DNA of 64,000 bases, taken from an uncultured Spirochaetota bacterium. Lineage in GTDB: Bacteria > Spirochaetota > Brevinematia > Brevinematales > JAOACQ01. The notes below the pieces were generated by a model that was not told the DNA's origin, searched no databases, and was given only the letters and a program-made list of their open reading frames with translations. Of the stretch, positions 37,512 to 45,615 are shown piece by piece (position 1 is the first letter of the stretch; every line of letters starts with the position of its first letter). The position numbers and the translations under genes were made by a program. Where the stretch lies: assembly GCA_963768055.1 (NCBI GenBank), contig CAVYGN010000002.1, positions 960,001-1,024,000 of the forward strand, given 5' to 3'.

Positions 37512-39317
37512 ATGGATAATGAGAAAGAAAAGAACTATATGGAAGCCTCCCTCGAGTATTCACGAATGGCGGAATTATTGAAGAAAGAGCGTCCCGCTGA
37601 AGCCGCGATTATGGTAAAAGATATTCTGGAATCGGGCGAGAGCCTCCAGGAAAAGATACGTAAAATAGAATTGATCGATGCGCAGGAAATTTCACTTTCT
37701 ATAGAGCAAACCCTCATTACAAATGAAGAAGCTCAGGACATAATACGTAAAAAGCATGTATTGACGGAGGAAACGGCCAGGAAAAATTGTGAAAAAATAA
37801 AAATAAAACTGCCGAAAAATCACTTTCTTTTATATTTATTCAGGGATTACAAAAAAATTCGTTTATTCGGTAAGTCTGCCGGTTTTATCAGATTCGGCTT
37901 CAATCCCTCCGGTGTAAAATTTGATTTTACCAGGCTCAGGACTTTATTAAATTCGCTGCAGAAAGATGCCGGCGATCTTATGGAAACATTGAATTTCGTA
38001 CTGGATAAAGGCTGGATGGACCTGGATAAGCTTGGGTATAATCTTATCGTTATTTTTAAACAGCTTTGCCAGGCAATAGTATCGGCGCCGATCGCCAGAA
38101 TAGGGACATCGGGCCGCCAGCTTCTAATGAAATACAGGGATGTTGAAACCTTTTTCCTTTCCTGCCATTATCAGCCCGAATATCCGGATATTATCCGGGC
38201 AAGTATCGTAGACGTACTTCTAAAACAGAAGAAAGCTGAAAGCACGATCGAGCTCTCTGAGATCCAGACAAAGAGGATCCTGTGGGAGCAGGGTAACTTT
38301 CTCTGCCTTCACAATTTCATACTTTCGATAAATATGTTCGAGTATAGAAGATTTGTCAAGCTGGACGATCTTATCCACAGGCAGCAGGGTGGAATAGTGA
38401 ATACGTTCTCATTCGATTGCCCGCCGAATATCCAGCAGAAGATCAATGTCTATATAAACGATAAGACACAGTCCCTGCAGAATTTGTTAAGGGACAAGGT
38501 AGAGATAAACAGGATCCAGTATTTTTTAAAACATTTCATCAAACAGGATTCCTCGGGTTACAGGAGTTATAATTTCAAGATTTTCATCGATTTTTACAAC
38601 TATACCGGTTTCGGGGCCGAAGAGGATTGTTTCAGCTACGATAAGAGCAATACCGCCAAATTGGCCTTCAATATTTTTTCAAAATTTTTAGCAGAGTTCG
38701 AAAATTTTTTTATCGACAAGATAAATATTGAGGATTTCGGTCCTATCAGGGTATTCAGCAGGGAAGTCTTTCAGCTTGAAATCGATAAGCTCCGCCTGGG
38801 GGTTTTGAAATTTTCGGATTCAATTTTTACCCTGCCGATAGTTTCCAGGAGGGAATTCTTTGAATTAAAAACCTCTAAAAAGGAAGTAATGCCGGCCCCT
38901 CCCGTACTGGCTATGATACAAACTATCGACGCTCTTTCCGACATTCTCTCTGAAATAGGGACAAAACTTGGCAATATCCATATAAACTATAAAAATGCAT
39001 CCTTAGAAAACCCTGCGGAAAATCAGGTCAACCCTCTTGAAATCTCTGCAACCAGGCAGCGGGTTGTTTCAGTCCCATACTGGGATAAAAAAATTATGAC
39101 TCCGGGGTTTTTAAGGGAAAAATTTTTTTCTGACGCGGTTGCGACAATTACGAGCCTTTGTTTTCTTTCGGCGGTTTATTTTTATAATATGCGTTTTTAT
39201 ACGGTCCTCGAAAAGGAAATGAAGATCAACAATATGATAATGGATGTAAAGAAAACCCTCGAAAGGCTAGCCGATGTGGTAACTTATGAAAAGATCAGAA
39301 AACTGCAAGGCGATTGA
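37512..39317 (+). CDS. Hypothetical protein (large, soluble)
   Basis: 601-aa ORF with GAGGA RBS and own promoter; no motif recognised. Confidence 0.75.
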   Translation: MDNEKEKNYMEASLEYSRMAELLKKERPAEAAIMVKDILESGESLQEKIRKIELIDAQEISLSIEQTLITNEEAQDIIRKKHVLTEETARKNCEKIKIKLPKNHFLLYLFRDYKKIRLFGKSAGFIRFGFNPSGVKFDFTRLRTLLNSLQKDAGDLMETLNFVLDKGWMDLDKLGYNLIVIFKQLCQAIVSAPIARIGTSGRQLLMKYRDVETFFLSCHYQPEYPDIIRASIVDVLLKQKKAESTIELSEIQTKRILWEQGNFLCLHNFILSINMFEYRRFVKLDDLIHRQQGGIVNTFSFDCPPNIQQKINVYINDKTQSLQNLLRDKVEINRIQYFLKHFIKQDSSGYRSYNFKIFIDFYNYTGFGAEEDCFSYDKSNTAKLAFNIFSKFLAEFENFFIDKINIEDFGPIRVFSREVFQLEIDKLRLGVLKFSDSIFTLPIVSRREFFELKTSKKEVMPAPPVLAMIQTIDALSDILSEIGTKLGNIHINYKNASLENPAENQVNPLEISATRQRVVSVPYWDKKIMTPGFLREKFFSDAVATITSLCFLSAVYFYNMRFYTVLEKEMKINNMIMDVKKTLERLADVVTYEKIRKLQGD

Positions 39318-39321
39318 CTTT

Positions 39322-41037
39322 TCACATTCTTTCGACTGTTTTTATACCAAGCAGGTCAAGTCCGGATTTTATTATTCTGGATGTCCTTTCCGCCAGCAGC
39401 ATCCTTGAATTCATAATTTCTTCCCTTACTTTAAGGACGGGCAGCGAATTGTAAAAACTGTTGAAATTCTGCGCCAGTTCAAAGAGGTAATCGGCAATAA
39501 AATTAGGCGTATAATTTTCAGCGGACTTTACAACAGTATTAGGAAACCTGGTTAACATTACCGCAAGCGTCCGCTCAATTTTTTCCGAAATTACTATTTC
39601 CGATTCATTATTAAAAATCTTGTTCATTTCCGATGCCTTTCGAAGGATCGACCTGATCCTTGCGTATGTATAAAGCAGATAAGGGGCTGTATTGCCGTCG
39701 AAATTGAGAGCCTTATCCCATTCGAAAACAAGGGCGCTTGTACGGTTCTGGCTCAGATCGAAATATTTTACAGACGCTGTTCCTATCACTTCAGCGGCTG
39801 TATCTCTTTCCTCCTTCGGAAGGTTCGGATTTTTTAGAGCGATTATAGCGGAAGAACGCTTTTTCGCCTCGTCAAGAAGGTCTTCGAGGCGGATTACATT
39901 GCCCTTACGGCTTGAAAAAATTCCGTCGGGGAAGCGCATTACTCCGAACCAGACATGTTCCTTTTTTAAATTCCAGCCTAATATATCCGAAATCCTGAAA
40001 ACCTGGCGGAAATGAGTTATCTGCCTGTCGTCCGTCACATAAACGATCCTGTTAAGATCGTAATTTTCATGCCTGTATTTCAAACATGCAAGATCGGAGG
40101 TAGCGTAAAGATATGCTCCGTCTTTCTTTTGAACAATGCAGACGGGAAGATTCTCTTTCTCGTCAAAAAAAACGACAAGGGCATCTTCCGATTTCACCGC
40201 AATGCCTTTCTCCTTCAGTTCGGTTATTACCGAAGGCATCAAATCATGGTAAAACGATTCGCCGTAGCTTGTGTCGAATTCCACTCCCAACCGTTTGTAA
40301 ATTTTATCATATTCGCAAAGCGAGGCCTCAACAAACTCTTTCCAGAGGTTCATGCTTTCCTTTTTTCCGTCCTGGAGGTCTTTTAATTCCATCCTTGCAT
40401 TTTCAAGAAGCGAGGGGTCCTTTTCCGAGCGCTTTTCGAATTCGACATAAATGCGCTCCAATTCTTCGATGGGATTTTTATCGTAGGCTTTTTTATCAAG
40501 CCATTTTTTAAACCCGACGATCAATTTTCCGAATTGCGTACCCCAGTCCCCCAGATGATTGTCGCCGATGACGCTGTAACCCAGGAAACGGAATATCCTT
40601 TTTAATGAGTCGCCTAAAACCGTGCTTCGCAGGTGTCCTATGTGCATCCTTTTGGCTATGTTGGGCGACGAATAATCGATTATGATATCGCCTTTCCGAT
40701 TTAAAAAGGAGAAATCATAATCCTCTTCGCCTATTTTTCGGACCGTTTCCCCTATAAAATTATCGTTTATAAATATATTGATGAAACCTGGGCCGGCGAC
40801 TTCCATTCTTTTTATAACCTCATTGACTCCCGCTGATCTTACGATCTCACCGGCAAGGGCCCGGGGGTTCATTTTAAACGCCTTTGCATTCACCATTGCG
40901 AAGTTCGTCTGGTAGTCGCCGAATTCTTCGCTGTTTGTTTTTTGAATAAAGAGTTTGTCCCGGCCGTCGAAATCCGGATATAATTTTTCCAGGGACGAGA
41001 TTAAGATCTCTTCAAGGAATTTTTCGAATAGCTTCAT
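39322..41037 (-). CDS. argS: Arginine--tRNA ligase
   Basis: FGDYQTN, AGPGFIN, SSPNIAK.MHIGHLRST, DWGTQFG, GNTAPYLLYTYAR, C-terminal ERM. Confidence 0.98.
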   Translation of the reverse strand: MKLFEKFLEEILISSLEKLYPDFDGRDKLFIQKTNSEEFGDYQTNFAMVNAKAFKMNPRALAGEIVRSAGVNEVIKRMEVAGPGFINIFINDNFIGETVRKIGEEDYDFSFLNRKGDIIIDYSSPNIAKRMHIGHLRSTVLGDSLKRIFRFLGYSVIGDNHLGDWGTQFGKLIVGFKKWLDKKAYDKNPIEELERIYVEFEKRSEKDPSLLENARMELKDLQDGKKESMNLWKEFVEASLCEYDKIYKRLGVEFDTSYGESFYHDLMPSVITELKEKGIAVKSEDALVVFFDEKENLPVCIVQKKDGAYLYATSDLACLKYRHENYDLNRIVYVTDDRQITHFRQVFRISDILGWNLKKEHVWFGVMRFPDGIFSSRKGNVIRLEDLLDEAKKRSSAIIALKNPNLPKEERDTAAEVIGTASVKYFDLSQNRTSALVFEWDKALNFDGNTAPYLLYTYARIRSILRKASEMNKIFNNESEIVISEKIERTLAVMLTRFPNTVVKSAENYTPNFIADYLFELAQNFNSFYNSLPVLKVREEIMNSRMLLAERTSRIIKSGLDLLGIKTVERM

Positions 41038-41052
41038 TATTATTTTCCATTT

Positions 41053-41163
41053 AGGGCACTTCTAATAACTGCCCCCCTTACGGGGACAAGTGCACCATTG
41101 GGCGGAATTATTAGATTCATTATTACTATTGCTTTTCAAAAATCTAGTTTTTTGAACCGCCCT
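41053..41163. mobile_element. MITE-like element, copy 1
   Basis: Imperfect 18-bp terminal IRs AGGGCACTTCTAATAACT / AGTTTTTTGAACCGCCCT; same end sequence as 45469-45580. Confidence 0.55.
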
Positions 41164-41216
41164 TTATTAAATTTTCGAGGTTTATTATAAAGAAAAGCGG
41201 TATTTTATTCTATTAT

Positions 41217-41245
41217 TTGACTGCGGAAACGTATGATTATATACT
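41217..41245 (+). promoter_or_regulatory. sigma70 promoter
   Basis: TTGACT, 17 bp, TATACT upstream of an RBS and ATG 41271. Confidence 0.6.
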
Positions 41246-41270
41246 TTTTTTTACCAAAGGGGGCTGATAA

Positions 41271-41770
41271 ATGAAAATAAAACGGCAGGTATATTCCTGG
41301 CATTAAGCTTCCTCCTGGCCGGCATAAATTATTCCTTTCCCGATTCAACAAATAAAAGTTTTATGAGCCTTGTCACTCCTGACGACATTGATAAAGAAAG
41401 GGGTATTCGGGGATCGGTTGAAACGGAAAGATTCTTTAAAAAAATAAACGGGGCAAGCCTGAACTTCACAAGGGAGGACGGGGGACAGCTTTTGAGCGTT
41501 GTAATTCAGATAGTAAACCCGGAGGATTTGAGGGAGGAAGAGAAAACCAGGGATTTTCAGGACCTATACTACGGCCCCGTTAAAGATCTGGGGGATAAAG
41601 CCTACGAGGGGCCGGCAAAGGGCGACAGGTACATTCTGTCATTTCTCAAGGGTTCATACTGGATAACCTTGTCGTCTTATTTAACGATACCCAGCTTAAA
41701 ACCTATCTTCGACCAGAATGATCTAAGAAAACTCGCGAATATCATGATCTCCAGGATATCCGCAGAATAA
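41271..41770 (+). pseudogene. Exported hypothetical protein with a 1-nt frameshift near the start (or a sequencing error)
   Basis: ATG 41271 after AAAGGGGG is out of frame by one base with the signal-peptide-like TAGIFLALSFLLAG, which continues into the 41363 ORF. Confidence 0.55.
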
Positions 41771-41797
41771 AACACCCCCGGGTAGATTTTTATTAAT

Positions 41798-41846
41798 AAA
41801 AAACAGGCGGCATTCGCGGGAGGGTAATCGCATTACCGCCTGTTTT
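41798..41846. terminator. Intrinsic terminator (best on minus strand, probably bidirectional)
   Basis: Minus strand AAAACAGGCGGTA..TGCCGCCTG-TTTTTT. Confidence 0.8.
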
Positions 41847-42026
41847 GTTAGCACAAAATTCTGATGAAGAGTACTTGCGGATTAATTAGTTTCTGATTAG
41901 ATAATTAATCCATCTTAAGAATAAATGCAGTCCCCGGAAAGAGTCAACTTCCCTTTCCAAGGACTTGAGACCCTGAGCTTAAACTCCTATGAAAAGAATC
42001 GATTTTCTGATGTACTACACATGTAG
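41798..42026 (-). ncRNA. Candidate novel small RNA (~230 nt)
   Basis: Own sigma70 promoter, three hairpins (two with G-U pairs valid only on the minus strand), U6 terminator, no credible ORF; ends inferred. Confidence 0.6.
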
Positions 42027-42061
42027 TATATAAATATACTACAACTGTAGTAATAAGTCAA
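42013..42061 (-). promoter_or_regulatory. sigma70 promoter overlapped by two BlaI/MecI/CopY-type operator palindromes
   Basis: Minus strand TTGACT (42061-42056), 17 bp, TATATT (42038-42033); TACTACACATGTAGTA (42013-42028) and TACTACAACTGTAGTA (42037-42052). Confidence 0.75.
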
Positions 42062-42218
42062 GGGTTTTTGAAAAAATATTTTTATTGGGTTTTTTCGGCT
42101 GAACTATGAACCGGCCGGCCATGCTTTGACAAACTTTTGTCTGGCCGATTCCCCCGGCGATATATGGATTTCAAATGTTCAGGTAAAAGAGGTTATGGAT
42201 TAAATCTTATGCGTCCTT

Positions 42219-42788
42219 TCAAATCGACGATATGAATTTGCTCTCCAGCATAACAAGCATCCGCCGTTCCTTTTGAAGCGAATTCCTCATGTCGAATAAA
42301 AGTTTCCTTGTCTGCGCCGGGTTTTTTATATCGGCCCCGCCGCTTTTCGCCTGAGAAAGATAATCGGGGAACCTCCCTGCTATATAACTTGAAACGGAGT
42401 CTTCGGATTTGAAAACATCGCTGATTTTCTTGAGATACGGCATCCATTTTTGCGAATCCTGAGCCTGTATTTTTAACATCTCATCAAGGTGGGATTTGAT
42501 CGTGCTTATCGTCGAGCAAAAACGGAAGTTTTTTTCCGCAAGCGCCCATTCTTCCTGTTTTTGAAAGTTTGCAAGTTCTTTAGCGAGCTGGCCGTCCTCT
42601 GCCGATTTCAAAATGTCCTTCAGCCTGACAATGATCATATTGATCGTCGTGCTCATAAGGCAATAAATTTCCTCGAGAGCTTCGAATACGGTTTCCCTTT
42701 TTTCCCTTAAATTTGCTTTGTCGGACCTTAAGCCTTCCTGCGCCCTGCCGAGGTCGTCTATCATTTCCTTAAAAAAACCGGTCGCCAT
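42219..42788 (-). CDS. Hypothetical helical/coiled-coil protein
   Basis: 189-aa ORF with GGGGA RBS, 9 bp after the thyX stop. Confidence 0.7.
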   Translation of the reverse strand: MATGFFKEMIDDLGRAQEGLRSDKANLREKRETVFEALEEIYCLMSTTINMIIVRLKDILKSAEDGQLAKELANFQKQEEWALAEKNFRFCSTISTIKSHLDEMLKIQAQDSQKWMPYLKKISDVFKSEDSVSSYIAGRFPDYLSQAKSGGADIKNPAQTRKLLFDMRNSLQKERRMLVMLESKFISSI

Positions 42789-42797
42789 TTTCGTCCC

Positions 42798-44291
42798 CTA
42801 TTGATTATAATAATCCCTCTTGATTTTTTCAAATTCGTCTTTTCCGCATGCAAGGGCCGCGGCAGCGGGAGCGGTTTTTTTTACGGTTTCAACCATTTCG
42901 GATGCTATTTTCCGTATATCCCACTGCGCGTAAGCGTCCATGCGCAACCTCGCGATATGATAGATTTCCCGTAAATTGACATTTACAAGTATCCTTCGCC
43001 TGTGGGCGTTAGTAAGGATGTAGTCCGAGGCCATGCCGTTTTCAGTCTTTAATTTTTCATAAGTATTTTCCGTTTCTGCAATGATATTATTAAATAAGCC
43101 GGCCATTCCGATCTCTTCGATCGATGGGGGTAATGTGACACCGAGCGAAGTCTCATAGGGCTGCTTGAGTATAGTCATCATCCGGTGCCTTTTCATCTGT
43201 GCAAAGGCGCTTGAACTAAGGATAATTTCAAACAGGAAATTCACATTTTCGAATTCCCTGTAAAGAGCGTCGTGCTCGCCCAGGTCTTTAAATATCTCTT
43301 TAAAAAAAAGAGTCCGCCCGTTTTCATTCATATTTTCCGCGGCCGACAGGCATTCCATGAAAGATCTCGCCGATGACGAATGAAGAAGGCTTGCTATGAT
43401 TTTTATGTCGGGTTCGGGCGTTTGTTCAAGAAGGGTCACGTTCCTGCCTGTTTTCGACTCTTTTCCGTTAAGATATTTTTTTGCCAGTAATTTAAGGTTT
43501 TCCCTGCCCTGTTTCAATATGCCGTCGGAAACGTCTCTGCCCGTTTGTTTTTTAAAACTTTCCCGGTCGGTCAATATAATAAGGGAGGGCACTACGGTCT
43601 TAGCCTTTTCGTAAAGTTTTAACGACAGGTCCCGGACTTCACTGAGAGGGTGGTATTTAAGTTTCCTGATAATATTTTCTAGGTTCCTGGCGTTAACGGA
43701 AAATCCGAGCTGGCATTCGGTGGCAAGAGACATGACATAACGGGCGTCTTCCTTGGCCCGCCCCTCTATTATGTTCGCTCCGGATTTCGTGGCTGTCATT
43801 TCAGGATGGGCGGCTTTCTGCGCTTCATGGAGAGCAGGGAAGAGTTTCATGTAAGCATCTATCTGTTTACAATAAGCGGAAGAGAAGAGCTCTTTATCTT
43901 CATCATTAAACTCTGCGGGTATTACCGTATCTCCCTCAAGGGTTATATATCGCTGTGATTTTTCCGTATACGAACTCAAACGTGATTCTTCAAGGGCTTC
44001 GACAGCGAGCCTCGATAAGCCGGTAATATCGAAATTCAGGCAGGCATGTTCGGCAACAGAGTGGTGCCCCATTTTAAATATAATGTTTTCGTTAGATTTC
44101 CTCGCTTTATCAAGAGCGTCCCTAGCCGCCGCGCGCAGTTCGCCGACAGGGCGTTCGTCCCTGCTGATTCTCGCATAGGCTGCGGAAAGCGTCTCCGGAG
44201 TAATGTTGTCCCTGCCGTCCCAACCTCTTTCTTTGAGGGATTCCAGGACTACTGCATCTACGTTAAATCCGGCAAGTTCGATTTTAAGCAT
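42798..44291 (-). CDS. thyX: FAD-dependent thymidylate synthase, tandem-domain type
   Basis: AAYARISR, GHHSVAEH, SYTEKSQRY, EDARY, NARNLE; second repeat with KRHR, NLRE, AQWDIR. Confidence 0.92.
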   Translation of the reverse strand: MLKIELAGFNVDAVVLESLKERGWDGRDNITPETLSAAYARISRDERPVGELRAAARDALDKARKSNENIIFKMGHHSVAEHACLNFDITGLSRLAVEALEESRLSSYTEKSQRYITLEGDTVIPAEFNDEDKELFSSAYCKQIDAYMKLFPALHEAQKAAHPEMTATKSGANIIEGRAKEDARYVMSLATECQLGFSVNARNLENIIRKLKYHPLSEVRDLSLKLYEKAKTVVPSLIILTDRESFKKQTGRDVSDGILKQGRENLKLLAKKYLNGKESKTGRNVTLLEQTPEPDIKIIASLLHSSSARSFMECLSAAENMNENGRTLFFKEIFKDLGEHDALYREFENVNFLFEIILSSSAFAQMKRHRMMTILKQPYETSLGVTLPPSIEEIGMAGLFNNIIAETENTYEKLKTENGMASDYILTNAHRRRILVNVNLREIYHIARLRMDAYAQWDIRKIASEMVETVKKTAPAAAALACGKDEFEKIKRDYYNQ

Positions 44292-44313
44292 AAATTCCTC
44301 AATGAACCGTACG

Positions 44314-45342
44314 CTAGTCTAACACTCCGATTTCCAGGGGAGGCCTTTCTATCAGTTCGTACTTCACCCCGGCTTCCTTGAAAAGCTCTTCGAAAGTTTT
44401 ATCGGGATAATAAGAACAGGCAATGAATTTCCTGATCTTTGAATTCACGATCATTTTAGCACAGATTATGCAGGGGGAGTGAGTGCAGTAAATAGTTGCG
44501 CCTTCAGTGGTTATTCCATTTAAGGCGGCATGTATAATGGCGTTCTGCTCGGCATGGACTGCGCGGCAGATCTCGTGCTGCATGCCCGATTTGATTCCAA
44601 GCTGGTCCCTGAGACAGCCGAGTTCAATGCAGTCTTTAATTCCGGAAGGGGCCCCGTTATAACCGGAACTGACTATATGATTATTATTTACTATGACAGC
44701 GCCTACATGGTGCCTGATGCAGGTGGAGCGTTCCGCTATGAGGTAGGCCATCTTTATAAAATATTCGTCCCAGGACGGCCTGATGTAAGGTTTGTAATTA
44801 AGTTCGGCAAGGATTGCGTCCAGTTTTTTATACATGGACCTCAAGCTTCCGGAATTATCGATTTTATAATCGGCAAGCTCCAGACAGCGGTTAAGCTGCT
44901 GGGCCTTATCATCCGAGGAGTTTTCTCTTTCCTCTTTACGGATAAATTCCTCAAGGGTCTCCCCGTCACCGACCCTTCCCCTCTTAATAGACCTTTCGAA
45001 CCTGTTATGTATGTCGGCCGTTATACCGATGAGTTTGAAAGATTTAAGATTGCTTCTTAAAACTTCGATTTCATATGGGTTTCTTATACTGTCGACAATC
45101 GCCTGCGGGAGGTTTTTAATCTTTGTTATGACCCTTTTAGCCAGGGTCGCCGGGCCTTCGCTTTCCCTCAAGTCATTGCCTATATCGATAAGACTGTCGC
45201 GGTTTGATTCCAGACCCTGCCTTACAGCTTCTTCCCTGATAATGTCGGAAAGAGAAAAAGCGATGAATTTTTTCTTTTCCACGAGGTATTTTATAGCTTC
45301 GCCCTTTCCGGCGGCGTTCGTCCCTGTAAAACCTAGAAACAT
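44314..45342 (-). CDS. dCMP deaminase (ComEB-like) fused to an N-terminal P-loop kinase-like domain
   Basis: GTNAAGKG P-loop, DSIRNP.E; then RPSWDEYF, RSTC, GYNG, HAEQNA, SPCIIC. Confidence 0.9.
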   Translation of the reverse strand: MFLGFTGTNAAGKGEAIKYLVEKKKFIAFSLSDIIREEAVRQGLESNRDSLIDIGNDLRESEGPATLAKRVITKIKNLPQAIVDSIRNPYEIEVLRSNLKSFKLIGITADIHNRFERSIKRGRVGDGETLEEFIRKEERENSSDDKAQQLNRCLELADYKIDNSGSLRSMYKKLDAILAELNYKPYIRPSWDEYFIKMAYLIAERSTCIRHHVGAVIVNNNHIVSSGYNGAPSGIKDCIELGCLRDQLGIKSGMQHEICRAVHAEQNAIIHAALNGITTEGATIYCTHSPCIICAKMIVNSKIRKFIACSYYPDKTFEELFKEAGVKYELIERPPLEIGVLD

Positions 45343-45468
45343 GCCACCCTCCCGAAAAATTATTGCCCCCGCGACAATTATTTTATAAAGTCATTGAGAA
45401 AATCACAAAATATCGGCGATTGAAATAATCAGCTGCTGAAATTAATGACAATTTAACCGTATTAAATT

Positions 45469-45580
45469 AGAGCGCTTCTAATAACCTTCGGATAGGAAGC
45501 GCCCATAGGGCATGCAATTAAAGTTAAATAGCAAGTCTCAAGCGCAAGGAGCGATATTCTTGAGTTATTAGAACTGCCCT
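45469..45580. mobile_element. MITE-like element, copy 2
   Basis: Terminal IRs AGAGCGCTTCTAATAACC / AGTTATTAGAACTGCCCT; 112 bp versus 111 bp for copy 1. Confidence 0.6.
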
Positions 45581-45615
45581 TTATAATATTGGGGTTTTAT
45601 CAAGAACGAGGCGCT

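Noticed and set aside
41886..41960. 24-codon TTG-start ORF inside the candidate sRNA (minus strand)
   Set aside because: The nearest AGGAG is over 20 nt upstream and the TTG is buried in a stem; not excluded without ribosome profiling.
42013..42052. NrdR boxes, suggested by the nearby thyX and dCMP deaminase genes
   Set aside because: The palindromes fit TACA-N2-TGTA rather than the NrdR acaCwAtATaTwGtg pattern, and they lie downstream of the dTMP operon.
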